64,000 nt of DNA, taken from positions 971-64,970 of the forward strand of contig JAYWED010000033.1 of the NCBI GenBank assembly GCA_043779525.1. The letters run 5' to 3'. A model generated the notes under the pieces. It had not been told where the DNA came from. It was given only the letters and a program-made list of their open reading frames with translations, and did no database searches. Each line of letters opens with the position of its first letter. Within the stretch, counting starts at the first letter, position 1. Positions 8,004-16,729 of the stretch are shown here, piece by piece. The position numbers were made by a program, and so were the translations under genes. The stretch is from Candidatus Eiseniibacteriota bacterium (GTDB lineage: Bacteria; Eisenbacteria; RBG-16-71-46; SZUA-252).

Positions 8004-8079
8004 GACGGCAGGTCTCTTTCCTGAGTAGCCACAAGAGCTTGGCGCGATCTTGGGCCGGGCCCGCGAGAGGTGGGTCGTC

Positions 8080-8613
8080 ATGGGCATCGAAGAGCTGGTT
8101 CCGGATGGAATTCTGACGACGACCGTCGAGAAGATGGTCAACTGGGCGCGCCGGTCCTCGCTCTGGCCCGCGACCTTCGGTCTCGCGTGCTGCGCGATCG
8201 AGATGATGGCGACCAGCGCGGCCCGATACGACCTGGCCCGCTTCGGCGCCGAGGTCTTCCGCGCGTCGCCGCGCCAGGCGGACCTCATGATCGTCGCCGG
8301 CCGCGTGAGCAAGAAGATGGCTCCCGTCCTGAAGCGGATCTACGACCAGATGCCCGAGCCCAAGTGGGTGATATCCATGGGCGCGTGCGCTTCGTGCGGC
8401 GGCATCTTCAACAACTACGCCATCGTCCAGGGCGTGGACACGGTGGTGCCGGTCGACGTCTACGTGCCCGGCTGCCCGCCGCGCCCCGAGGCGCTCATTT
8501 ATGGAATCATGAAATTACAGGAGAAGATCGACCGCCAGCCCCTCAAGCAGCCGGCCCCGGTGGCCGAGAGCGAGCCTCCAGCGGCGCCCGAAGCGAGCAA
8601 CGCCGGCGCCTGA
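8080..8613 (+). CDS. nuoB: NADH-quinone oxidoreductase subunit B
   Basis: [43 protein letters not shown]; ATG 8080 preferred. Confidence 0.97.
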   Translation: MGIEELVPDGILTTTVEKMVNWARRSSLWPATFGLACCAIEMMATSAARYDLARFGAEVFRASPRQADLMIVAGRVSKKMAPVLKRIYDQMPEPKWVISMGACASCGGIFNNYAIVQGVDTVVPVDVYVPGCPPRPEALIYGIMKLQEKIDRQPLKQPAPVAESEPPAAPEASNAGA

Positions 8614-8618
8614 TTCGA

Positions 8619-9806
8619 ATGACCACCACGACGACCCCCGAATTCAAGACGATCACGCTCAACATGGGGCCGCAGCATCCCTCGACGCACGGGGTGCTCC
8701 GCCTGGTGATCGAGCTGGACGGCGAGACCGTGGTTTCTCTCAAACCGGTGGTTGGCTATCTCCACACCGGGATGGAGAAGTCCATGGAGTCCAAGAACTA
8801 TCACAAGTCGATCACCGTGACCGACCGGATGGACTATCTGTCTCCGCTCGGGAACAACATGGCCTACGTCGCGGCGGTCGAGAAGCTGATGAATCTCTCC
8901 ATCCCCGAGCGCGCGCAGGTGCTCCGCGTGATCCTCCTGGAGCTGACGCGGATCTCCTCGCATCTGGTCTGGCTCGGGACCCACGCGATCGATCTGGGCG
9001 CGATGAGCGTCTTCCTGTACTGCTTCCGCGAGCGCGAGAAGCTCCTGGACGTGAACGATCTGGTGGCCGGCTCGCGCCTCACCCCGAGCTACTTCCGCGT
9101 GGGCGGCTTCTATCAGGACGTTCCCGATCCGTTCGTGCCGCACGTGCGGAAATTCCTCGAGGAATTCCCGGTGGCGCTGGCCGAATACCAGAGTCTGCTG
9201 ACCAAGAACCGGATCTGGATGAAGCGCACGATCGGCGTCGGCCTTCTGACTGCCGAACGGGCGATCGACCTGGCGCTGACGGGCCCCACGCTCCGCGGCA
9301 GCGGCGTCCGCTACGACGTGCGCAAGGCGAAGCCCTACTCGGGATACGACACGTATGACTTCGACGTTCCGCTGGGAAGGAACGGCGACGTCTACGACCG
9401 CTATCTGTGCCGGATCGAGGAGATGAAGCAGTCGCTCTCGATCGTGCGCCAGGGGCTGGACCGGCTCAAGCCCGGTCCGGTGCGGGCCGACAATCCCTAT
9501 CTATTCCCGGCGGACCGCACCGACGTGAAGCTCAACATGGAAGAGCTGATCTACCATTTCAAGATCATGTCCGAGGGGTACAAAGCTCCCCCGGGCGACG
9601 CGTATTTCTCGGTCGAGTCTCCCAAGGGAGAGCTGGGCTTCTACGTCGTGAGCGACGGCAGCTCCATCCCGCATCGCACGCGGGTAAGGCCTCCTTCGCT
9701 CATCAACCTCCAGGCGCTCGAGGATATGTGTATCGGGCGCATGGTGTCCGACGTCGTGGCCTGCATCGGGAGCATCGACATCGTGCTCGGGGAGGTGGAC
9801 CGCTGA
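8619..9806 (+). CDS. nuoD: NADH-quinone oxidoreductase subunit D (no NuoC fusion)
   Basis: NMGPQHPSTHGVLR, GYLHTG, DRMDY, ESPKGELG, DIVLGEVDR. Confidence 0.97.
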   Translation: MTTTTTPEFKTITLNMGPQHPSTHGVLRLVIELDGETVVSLKPVVGYLHTGMEKSMESKNYHKSITVTDRMDYLSPLGNNMAYVAAVEKLMNLSIPERAQVLRVILLELTRISSHLVWLGTHAIDLGAMSVFLYCFREREKLLDVNDLVAGSRLTPSYFRVGGFYQDVPDPFVPHVRKFLEEFPVALAEYQSLLTKNRIWMKRTIGVGLLTAERAIDLALTGPTLRGSGVRYDVRKAKPYSGYDTYDFDVPLGRNGDVYDRYLCRIEEMKQSLSIVRQGLDRLKPGPVRADNPYLFPADRTDVKLNMEELIYHFKIMSEGYKAPPGDAYFSVESPKGELGFYVVSDGSSIPHRTRVRPPSLINLQALEDMCIGRMVSDVVACIGSIDIVLGEVDR

Positions 9807-11095
9807 TGCAGACCGCGACGTTCGAGCCGGTGATCACCAAGACGATGCTCCTGCCCGATTCGCATACGATCGGCGTCTACCGGAAGCACGGCGGATACGA
9901 GGGCCTGGCGCTGGCGCTCAAGAAATCGCCCGACGAGGTCATCGACCAGGTGAAGCGGTCCGGATTGCGGGGCCGGGGAGGAGCGGGTTTCCCGACCGGG
10001 ACCAAGTGGGGGTTCGTTCCCAAGGGCACCGACAAGCCGAAGTACATGTGCGTGAACGCCGACGAGAGCGAGCCCGGCGCCTTCAAGGACCGGCTCATCT
10101 GCCAGAAGGACCCACACCAGCTTCTGGAAGGCACCCTCATCGGTTCCTACGCCATCGGCGCGAGCCGCGCCTACATCTACATCCGCGGCGAATTCGCCCA
10201 CGAGGCCCGCATTCTCGAGCGCGCGATCGAAGAGGCGCGCGAGGCGGGCTTCATAGGCTCGAACATCCTGGGCTCGGGGTGGTCCTGCGAGGTCACCATG
10301 TACCTGGGCGCGGGCGCCTACATCTGCGGGGAGGAGACCGGGCTCATCGAGTCCCTGGAGGGCAAGCGGGGGTGGCCGCGGCTCAAGCCGCCGTTCCCGG
10401 CCGTGGTCGGACTGTTCGGGTGTCCCACCGTGGTCAACAATGTGGAGACGCTGGCCTGCGTGCCGCACATCATGAAGCTCGGATGGGAGTGGTTCGCCGG
10501 CATCGGGCCCGAGCGGAATTCGGGCCCCAAGCTCTACGGACTGAGCGGTCACGTCGTGAAGCCGGGCGTCTTCGAGCTTCCGATGGGTATCTCGCTCCGC
10601 GAGCTGATCGAGAAGCACGGCGGAGGCGTCCCCGGCGGTCGTCCCGTCAAGGGCGTGATCCCCGGAGGCGCCAGCTGCCCGGTGCTCCGCGGCGACGAGA
10701 TCGACCTGCCGATGGACTTCGATTCCCTGACGCGCGCCGGCTCTCTCTTCGGGACCGGCACGCCGATCGTCATGGACGACACGACGTGCATGGTGCGCGC
10801 GGCGTGGATCACCGCGCGCTTCTTCGCGCACGAATCGTGCGGGCAATGCACGCCCTGCCGTGAGGGTTGCGGCTGGCTGCAGCGCCTGCTCTGGAAGATC
10901 GAGGAAGGGAAGGGCGAGGAGCGGGATCTGGACACCATTCTGTCGGTGACGGACCAGATCGAGGGGAACACCATCTGCGCCCTGGGCGACGCGGCCGCGT
11001 GGCCCGCGCGCGGGTTCGCCAAGAAGTACCGGGACGAATTTCTCCAGCACATCCGCGAGAAGCGCTGCCCTCTGGGCGGCGGCTCGCTCCAATAG
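9806..11095 (+). CDS. nuoF: NADH-quinone oxidoreductase subunit F
   Basis: GLRGRGGAGFPTG, NADESEPG, GAYICGEET, ESCGQCTPCREG; TGATG overlap with nuoD. Confidence 0.97.
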   Translation: MQTATFEPVITKTMLLPDSHTIGVYRKHGGYEGLALALKKSPDEVIDQVKRSGLRGRGGAGFPTGTKWGFVPKGTDKPKYMCVNADESEPGAFKDRLICQKDPHQLLEGTLIGSYAIGASRAYIYIRGEFAHEARILERAIEEAREAGFIGSNILGSGWSCEVTMYLGAGAYICGEETGLIESLEGKRGWPRLKPPFPAVVGLFGCPTVVNNVETLACVPHIMKLGWEWFAGIGPERNSGPKLYGLSGHVVKPGVFELPMGISLRELIEKHGGGVPGGRPVKGVIPGGASCPVLRGDEIDLPMDFDSLTRAGSLFGTGTPIVMDDTTCMVRAAWITARFFAHESCGQCTPCREGCGWLQRLLWKIEEGKGEERDLDTILSVTDQIEGNTICALGDAAAWPARGFAKKYRDEFLQHIREKRCPLGGGSLQ

Positions 11096-11103
11096 GGGAT
11101 CGC

Positions 11104-12732
11104 ATGGCGGCTGTGAAGGTCAAAATCGACGGGCGCGAGATCGTGGTCGAGAAGGGCACGAACCTGATCGAGGCGGCCAAGCTGGCGGGGGTGTTCGTCC
11201 CGCACTTCTGCTACCACCCGGGCCTTCCCGTGGTCGGGGTCTGCCGCATCTGCCTCTGCGAGCTGGAGGGGCGGCCCAAGCTGGTCGCGGGCTGCGCCAC
11301 CGGGGTCGAGGAGGGCATGCACGTCATCACGCGCTCGGAAAAGGTCGCGGCCGCGCGGAAGGCGGTCATGGAGTTCCTGCTCATCCACCATCCGCTGGAC
11401 TGCCCCATGTGCGACAAGGGCGGCGAGTGCACGCTCCAGGACTACACGATGCTCATGGGCCCCTCGCGGAGCCGTTTCCAGTTCGAGAAGATCACGTGGC
11501 CGGAAGAGGACGTGGGCGGGAAGCTGGTGCTCAACAAGAACCGCTGCATCCTGTGCATGCGATGCGTCAACCTCTGCAAGGAAGTCGCGGGGCTAGATGA
11601 GATCGCGGTGCTGAATCGCGGCGAGGAAACCTTCATCGGCACGGTCGACGGACGGATGATCGAGAACGAGCTGGCCGGGAACATCGCCGATATCTGCCCC
11701 GTGGGAGCCCTCACCAGCAAGGACTTCCGCTTCAAGGCGCGTCCCTGGGAGCTGCAGAACGTCTCCTCGGTCTGTCCGCTCTGCTCCAAGGGCTGCAATA
11801 TCGTGGTGGGCTATCACCCGCGCCGGAACGAGATCCTACGGCACACGGCGCGCACCAACATGGACGTGAACCAGTGGTGGATCTGCGACCGCGGGCGCGC
11901 CGGATTCCACCATGTCCACGACAAGAACCGGATCACGGCGCCTTCGCGAAGAGGCGAGCGGGGCAAGACGGCGGTTTCGTGGAACGAGGCCCTGCCTGAG
12001 ATCGCGCGCTCCCTGCGCGACATCATCGCCCGTCACGGAGCCCGCGCCGTTGGAGTGGTGGGGTCCGGGACGCTGACCAACGAGGAGCAGTACCTGACGC
12101 GGACCATCTTCAAGGACGGGCTCGGGGTCGCGCACCTGGATTTCCCGCGGCGCCCCCAGAAGGAGGTCGTCTACAAGCAGTTCACCATCGAGGGAGATCA
12201 GGATCCGAACGCCCGCGGAGCGAAGCTGTGCGGCATGGCCCCGGCGGCGAACGGGCTGGGCGTTCGCGACATGGTTCGCGCCGCCGCCGAAGGCACGGTC
12301 AAGGCGCTCGTGTTCCTCCGCGGCGGCCCGCTCGAGCTCTTCGGGGATTTAGCGATCGTCGAGCGCGCGCTCGCGAACGTGGAGCTCTGCGTGGTCCTGG
12401 ATCTCCTGCCGTCGCCCGTCTCGGAGCGCGCGCACTGGGTTTTGCCCGGCGTCTCCTTCGCCGAGAAGGACGGCACCTTCACCAACTCCCAGGGACGCGT
12501 GCAGCGGATCCGCAAGGTGCTCACGCTCAAGGGCGACACGCGCGAGGACTGGCGCATCCTCCTGGGCCTGGGACAGGCGCTCGGCGTGATCGCGTCCCCC
12601 GATCCGGACCCGGAGCGAATCTTCGCCCGGCTCGCGCAGGCCGTTCCCGCCTTCTCGGGGCTTTCGTACGCCGGACTCGGAGAGCTTGGTGCGCCGATCG
12701 CAGCCGCGACGGCGGACGTCGCCGTGGGGTGA
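11104..12732 (+). CDS. nuoG: NADH-quinone oxidoreductase subunit G
   Basis: PHFCYHP, CRICLCE, HPLDCPMCDKGGECTLQD, RCILCMRCV, DICPVGAL, CPLCSKGC, AEKDGTFTN. Confidence 0.95.
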   Translation: MAAVKVKIDGREIVVEKGTNLIEAAKLAGVFVPHFCYHPGLPVVGVCRICLCELEGRPKLVAGCATGVEEGMHVITRSEKVAAARKAVMEFLLIHHPLDCPMCDKGGECTLQDYTMLMGPSRSRFQFEKITWPEEDVGGKLVLNKNRCILCMRCVNLCKEVAGLDEIAVLNRGEETFIGTVDGRMIENELAGNIADICPVGALTSKDFRFKARPWELQNVSSVCPLCSKGCNIVVGYHPRRNEILRHTARTNMDVNQWWICDRGRAGFHHVHDKNRITAPSRRGERGKTAVSWNEALPEIARSLRDIIARHGARAVGVVGSGTLTNEEQYLTRTIFKDGLGVAHLDFPRRPQKEVVYKQFTIEGDQDPNARGAKLCGMAPAANGLGVRDMVRAAAEGTVKALVFLRGGPLELFGDLAIVERALANVELCVVLDLLPSPVSERAHWVLPGVSFAEKDGTFTNSQGRVQRIRKVLTLKGDTREDWRILLGLGQALGVIASPDPDPERIFARLAQAVPAFSGLSYAGLGELGAPIAAATADVAVG

Positions 12733-13810
12733 CGCCCGCCGCCGCCGCTCCATCCTCCAGACGCTTCCGAAGACCGATCTCCATGTTCATCTGGACGGCT
12801 CCATCCGGCCGGCGACCCTCTTCGATCTCGCGAAGGACCAGGGCCTGCGGCTGGAGGTCAAGAATGAAGCCGACCTCGAGAAATTCCTCGCGCGCCTGAC
12901 GGCGGGCGTCAGCCTTCCCACCTACCTCAAGGCCTTCGACCTCACGCTCTCCATCTTGCAGGAGCCGGAAGCGCTCGAGCGCGTCGCGTTCGAGCTGGCG
13001 GAAGACGCGCATCTGGAGAACGTGCGGTACATGGAGATCCGGTACTGCCCGGCGCTCCACCTGAAGCGCGATCTGACCCTCCACGGAACCGTGGACGCGG
13101 TGCTGCGCGGCCTGTCGGAAGCGGGGAGGCGCTACGGGATCCAGACCGGCGCCATCATCTGCGGCATCCGGCATCTGAGCCCCAAGCTCTCGCTCGAGCT
13201 GGCGGACCTGGCGGTGGACTACGTCGGGCGCGGCGTGGTCGGATTCGATCTCGCGGGTGCGGAGAAGGATTATCCCGCCAAGGCGCACCGCGAGGCGTTC
13301 GATCGCGTTCTCCGCAACAACGTGAACGTGACGGTGCACGCGGGCGAGGCGTTCGGGCCGGGGAGCATCCGCCAGGCGCTCCACTACTGCGGCGCCCACC
13401 GCATCGGCCACGGCACGCGGCTCCGCGAGGATCGGATGACGCTCGACTACGTGAACGACCATCGGATCCCGCTCGAAATGTGCCTCACCTCCAACGTGCA
13501 GACGCAGGCCACGCCCTCCATGGAGGAGCATCCCTTCCGGGAGTATCTGAAGATGGGCGTGCGCGTCACGCTGAACACCGACAACCGGCTCGTCTCCTCC
13601 ACGACGATGACCGATGAGCTGGATCGGGCCGTGGAAACCTTCGATCTGGACCCAATCGACGTCCGGCAGGTTCTTCTGAACGGGTTCAAGTCGGCGTTCG
13701 TGCCGTACGCGGAAAAAGGGGAGCTTCTGCGGCGGGCGGTTCTCGAGATCGACCAGGGGCTGACACGGTCCGAGATCGCGACGACAGAATCCGAGCGCGA
13801 CCTTCTCTGA
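12689..13810 (+). CDS. add: Adenosine deaminase
   Basis: LPKTDLHVHLDGS, GFDLAGAE, TVHAGE, RIGHG, EMCLTSN, NTDN; start uncertain (GTG 12689 after GGAGAG). Confidence 0.92.
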   Translation: MRRSQPRRRTSPWGDARRRRSILQTLPKTDLHVHLDGSIRPATLFDLAKDQGLRLEVKNEADLEKFLARLTAGVSLPTYLKAFDLTLSILQEPEALERVAFELAEDAHLENVRYMEIRYCPALHLKRDLTLHGTVDAVLRGLSEAGRRYGIQTGAIICGIRHLSPKLSLELADLAVDYVGRGVVGFDLAGAEKDYPAKAHREAFDRVLRNNVNVTVHAGEAFGPGSIRQALHYCGAHRIGHGTRLREDRMTLDYVNDHRIPLEMCLTSNVQTQATPSMEEHPFREYLKMGVRVTLNTDNRLVSSTTMTDELDRAVETFDLDPIDVRQVLLNGFKSAFVPYAEKGELLRRAVLEIDQGLTRSEIATTESERDLL

Positions 13811-13841
13811 TCTCCCGCATCCAAAGAGCCACGGGCCGCGC

Positions 13842-13870
13842 TTGAATGAGCCGGGCCAGTCCCCTAGAAT
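13842..13870 (+). promoter_or_regulatory. sigma70 promoter of the methyltransferase-bsh operon
   Basis: TTGAAT-N17-TAGAAT. Confidence 0.6.
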
Positions 13871-13891
13871 GAGAACGGTGAGGATCAAGCC

Positions 13892-14932
13892 ATGAATCAA
13901 ATGGGCCGCGCGGCAGGGCCTTTACCGCAAGTTTCGGGTCGCAGGAGCCCTGTTCCTATCTTGCAGGTGGCAACAGGGTTCTGGGCCAGCCAGGCGCTCC
14001 TGAGCGCCGTGGACTTGAAAATCTTTACCATCCTCTTCGGCGGTCCCAAGACAGCGGCCGAGGTGGCTCAAGAGTCGGGAGCCGACCCCACAGGCATCGA
14101 GGCGCTCCTCGACGCCAATTGCGCGCTGGGCTTTCTCCACCGGAACGGCGACCGCTATCGCAACGACGAGACCTCCAACGCCTACCTGATCGAGGGATCT
14201 CCGGGCTCCTACGTAGAGCTGGTCCGCTTCATGAAGGACCCGCTCTTCGGAATCTGGCAGGGGCTCTCGGCGACGATCCGCCAGGGCACACCCCCGGCGC
14301 CTCCGGAAGGAATGGATTCGGTCGAGATCTCGCTCGCGCGTGGATTCCACAACGGTGCCTACGCGCTCATGATGCGACTGGCCGAAATCCTCGACCTCGA
14401 ATTCAGCGCCTATTCACGCATGCTGGACGTGGGAAGCCACACCGGCGCCGGCGCTCTCTGTCTGGCGCGCCGGTATCCGCAGCTCCAGGCGACGCTCCTG
14501 GACCGCCCCATCTTTCGCGAGGTGGCGGAGGAGTTCATCCGCTCGACCAAGCTCGAGGACCGCGTGCACTTCGAGGAAGGGCAGCCGGACCTAGCCAGGC
14601 CGGGAGGCGAATACGATCTGGTCCTTCTCTCGCATCACCTCTCGCAGCGAAGCAGATCGGACCTTCCCGCGATCCTGACATCGGTGGCTCAATCGCTCAG
14701 GTCTGGCGGCATGCTCCTCGTGACCGAATTCCTCCTCGAGGACTCCAAAGCCGAGCCCAAAGAGGCCGCGCTCTTCCGGCTCAACGTCCTGGCCAACTAC
14801 GGCCCTCGTTTCGCGGGCGCGCTGACTCGCTCGGAGCTTTACTCCCTTCTCGAGCAGGCCGGATTCAAGGACGTGGACATGGTCGGACTGCCGATGTTCG
14901 GGATCACGGCGATCACGGCCTGCAAGGCCTGA
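13892..14932 (+). CDS. Methyltransf_2-family O-methyltransferase-like protein with N-terminal dimerisation/wHTH domain
   Basis: GFWASQALLSAVDLKIF, LDVGSHTG, TLLD, LRSGGMLLVTE, LLEQAGF. Confidence 0.82.
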   Translation: MNQMGRAAGPLPQVSGRRSPVPILQVATGFWASQALLSAVDLKIFTILFGGPKTAAEVAQESGADPTGIEALLDANCALGFLHRNGDRYRNDETSNAYLIEGSPGSYVELVRFMKDPLFGIWQGLSATIRQGTPPAPPEGMDSVEISLARGFHNGAYALMMRLAEILDLEFSAYSRMLDVGSHTGAGALCLARRYPQLQATLLDRPIFREVAEEFIRSTKLEDRVHFEEGQPDLARPGGEYDLVLLSHHLSQRSRSDLPAILTSVAQSLRSGGMLLVTEFLLEDSKAEPKEAALFRLNVLANYGPRFAGALTRSELYSLLEQAGFKDVDMVGLPMFGITAITACKA

Positions 14933-14934
14933 CC

Positions 14935-15576
14935 GTGCGGGTCGAGCCGTTCTCGGTTGGCCCTCTGGACAACAATCTCTACCTCCTCACCGGCGACGGG
15001 ACGAAGGAGGCCATCGTCATCGATCCCTCGATCGATAGCGAACGCGTCCTTGCCGAGATATCCCGCCGGGCGCTCGAGGTGAAGCGAATCCTGCTCACGC
15101 ACGCGCACATCGACCACATTCTCATGGTGAAGCGGTTTCACGAAGCCACGGGGGCGCCGGTCTGGCTCCACCAGGCGGACCGCCCGCTCTATGACCGCGG
15201 CGCCGATCAGGCGGCCGCGTTCGGGATGCCCTGGCCCGGGTCCGCTCCCATCGCCCACGCGATCCAGGAAGGCGAGGAGGTCGGGATCGAAGGCATTCCC
15301 ATCCGCGCGATCCACACGCCGGGGCATTCGCCGGGCAGCGTGACCTTCGTCACCTCGGAGGGCCTGATCAGCGGCGACGTTCTCTTCCGCGGATCGGTAG
15401 GGCGCACCGACCTTCCGGGCGGCGATTGGGAGCTGCTCGCCCGCACAATCCGTGAACAACTGTTCACCCATCCCAAGGAAACCCGGGTCCTTCCCGGGCA
15501 CGGCCCCGAGACCACGATCGGCTTCGAGCTTCGGACCAACCCCTTCGTGGGGGAGCCGGCGCTCGAGGGGACGTAG
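14935..15576 (+). CDS. MBL-fold metallo-hydrolase (glyoxalase II/YcbL-like)
   Basis: THAHIDH, TPGHSPG, SGDVLF, GRTDLPGGD, PGHG. Confidence 0.93.
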   Translation: MRVEPFSVGPLDNNLYLLTGDGTKEAIVIDPSIDSERVLAEISRRALEVKRILLTHAHIDHILMVKRFHEATGAPVWLHQADRPLYDRGADQAAAFGMPWPGSAPIAHAIQEGEEVGIEGIPIRAIHTPGHSPGSVTFVTSEGLISGDVLFRGSVGRTDLPGGDWELLARTIREQLFTHPKETRVLPGHGPETTIGFELRTNPFVGEPALEGT

Positions 15577-15582
15577 GCCCGC

Positions 15583-16728
15583 ATGGCCGAGCGCGCCGAC
15601 GCGCTCATCATCGGCGGAGGCGTGATCGGGGCGAGCCTCGCCTACCACCTCACCCTTCGCGGCATGAAGCCGGTCATCTTCGACAGCGGGCTCCTGGGCA
15701 GCGGTAACACGGGACGTTCCGCGGGCGGGATCCGGGCCCAGTTCACCACCGAGATCAACATCAAGCTCTCGCTCTACTCGATCGCGTTTTACGAGCGCTT
15801 TCGCGAGATTCTCGGCGCGGACGCGGAATTCCATCAGGTGGGATACCTCTTCCTCGCGGTCACTCCCGGCCAGATGAGCCACTTTCGCGAGCGGGTCGCG
15901 TTCCAGAAGAAGTTCGGAGTGGAGGTCTCCCTCCTGACGCCCGAGGAGGTGGCGGCGGGCTGGCCCTTCCTGCGTCACGACGACGTGGTCGGCGCCACCT
16001 ACTCCGCCAGGGACGGCTTCGCCGGACCCTACGAGGTGACGATCGCGTTCGCGAACGCGGCCAAGCAGCGCGGCGCCGTGTTCCACGAGCAGTCCCTGGT
16101 CACTGAGATCCTGGCGGAGGGCGGACGGATTCGCGGGCTCGAGACCTCGATCGGGAAATTCTCCTCGGACGTGGTCGTAGCCGCGTGCGGCCCCGCGGTT
16201 CCGGCGCTCGTCAATCCGCTCGGTATCGAGGTGCCGGTTGTCCCGTACCGGAGACACCTCTACATGACGGAGACGTTTCCCGAGATTCCCGAGGGCATTC
16301 CCTTCATCATCGACTCCGGCACCGGCCTTTACTTCCGCAAGGAGACCGGAGGGATCATGCTCGGTATGGTGGACAAGAGCGACCCGCCCACCTTCAGCAT
16401 GAACGTTGACGACGGATACCTGGAAAAGCTGGTCGAGGCGGCCCTGTCGCGGGTCCCTCTTCTCGAGAAGGCGAACATCCTGAACGGATGGGCAGGGCTC
16501 TACGACACGACTCCCGATCATCACGCGATCGTCGGAGCGGTGGATGAGGTGAAGGGGCTCTACCTCGCGGTCGGATTCAGCGGCCACGGCTTCATGCACA
16601 GCCCCGCAATCGGCGCGTCCCTCTCGGAGCTGATCGCCTACGGACAAGCCCGGTCGGTGAACGTGGACGCGTTGAGCCTGAACCGGTTCGCGACTGGAGC
16701 CGTGGTGGAGGAGACCAACGTCATCTGA
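15583..16728 (+). CDS. FAD-dependent oxidoreductase (DAO / sarcosine oxidase beta family)
   Basis: IIGGGVIG, TGRSAGGIRAQF, WAGLYDTTPD, GFSGHGFM. Confidence 0.92.
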   Translation: MAERADALIIGGGVIGASLAYHLTLRGMKPVIFDSGLLGSGNTGRSAGGIRAQFTTEINIKLSLYSIAFYERFREILGADAEFHQVGYLFLAVTPGQMSHFRERVAFQKKFGVEVSLLTPEEVAAGWPFLRHDDVVGATYSARDGFAGPYEVTIAFANAAKQRGAVFHEQSLVTEILAEGGRIRGLETSIGKFSSDVVVAACGPAVPALVNPLGIEVPVVPYRRHLYMTETFPEIPEGIPFIIDSGTGLYFRKETGGIMLGMVDKSDPPTFSMNVDDGYLEKLVEAALSRVPLLEKANILNGWAGLYDTTPDHHAIVGAVDEVKGLYLAVGFSGHGFMHSPAIGASLSELIAYGQARSVNVDALSLNRFATGAVVEETNVI

Positions 16729-16729
16729 G

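Noticed and set aside
8070-12732. Apparent N-terminal fusions on NuoD/F/G in the ORF track (possible hidden NuoC or NuoE)
   Set aside because: The extensions are Arg/Pro/Gly-rich off-frame reads of upstream genes; real starts are 8619, 9806 and 11104.
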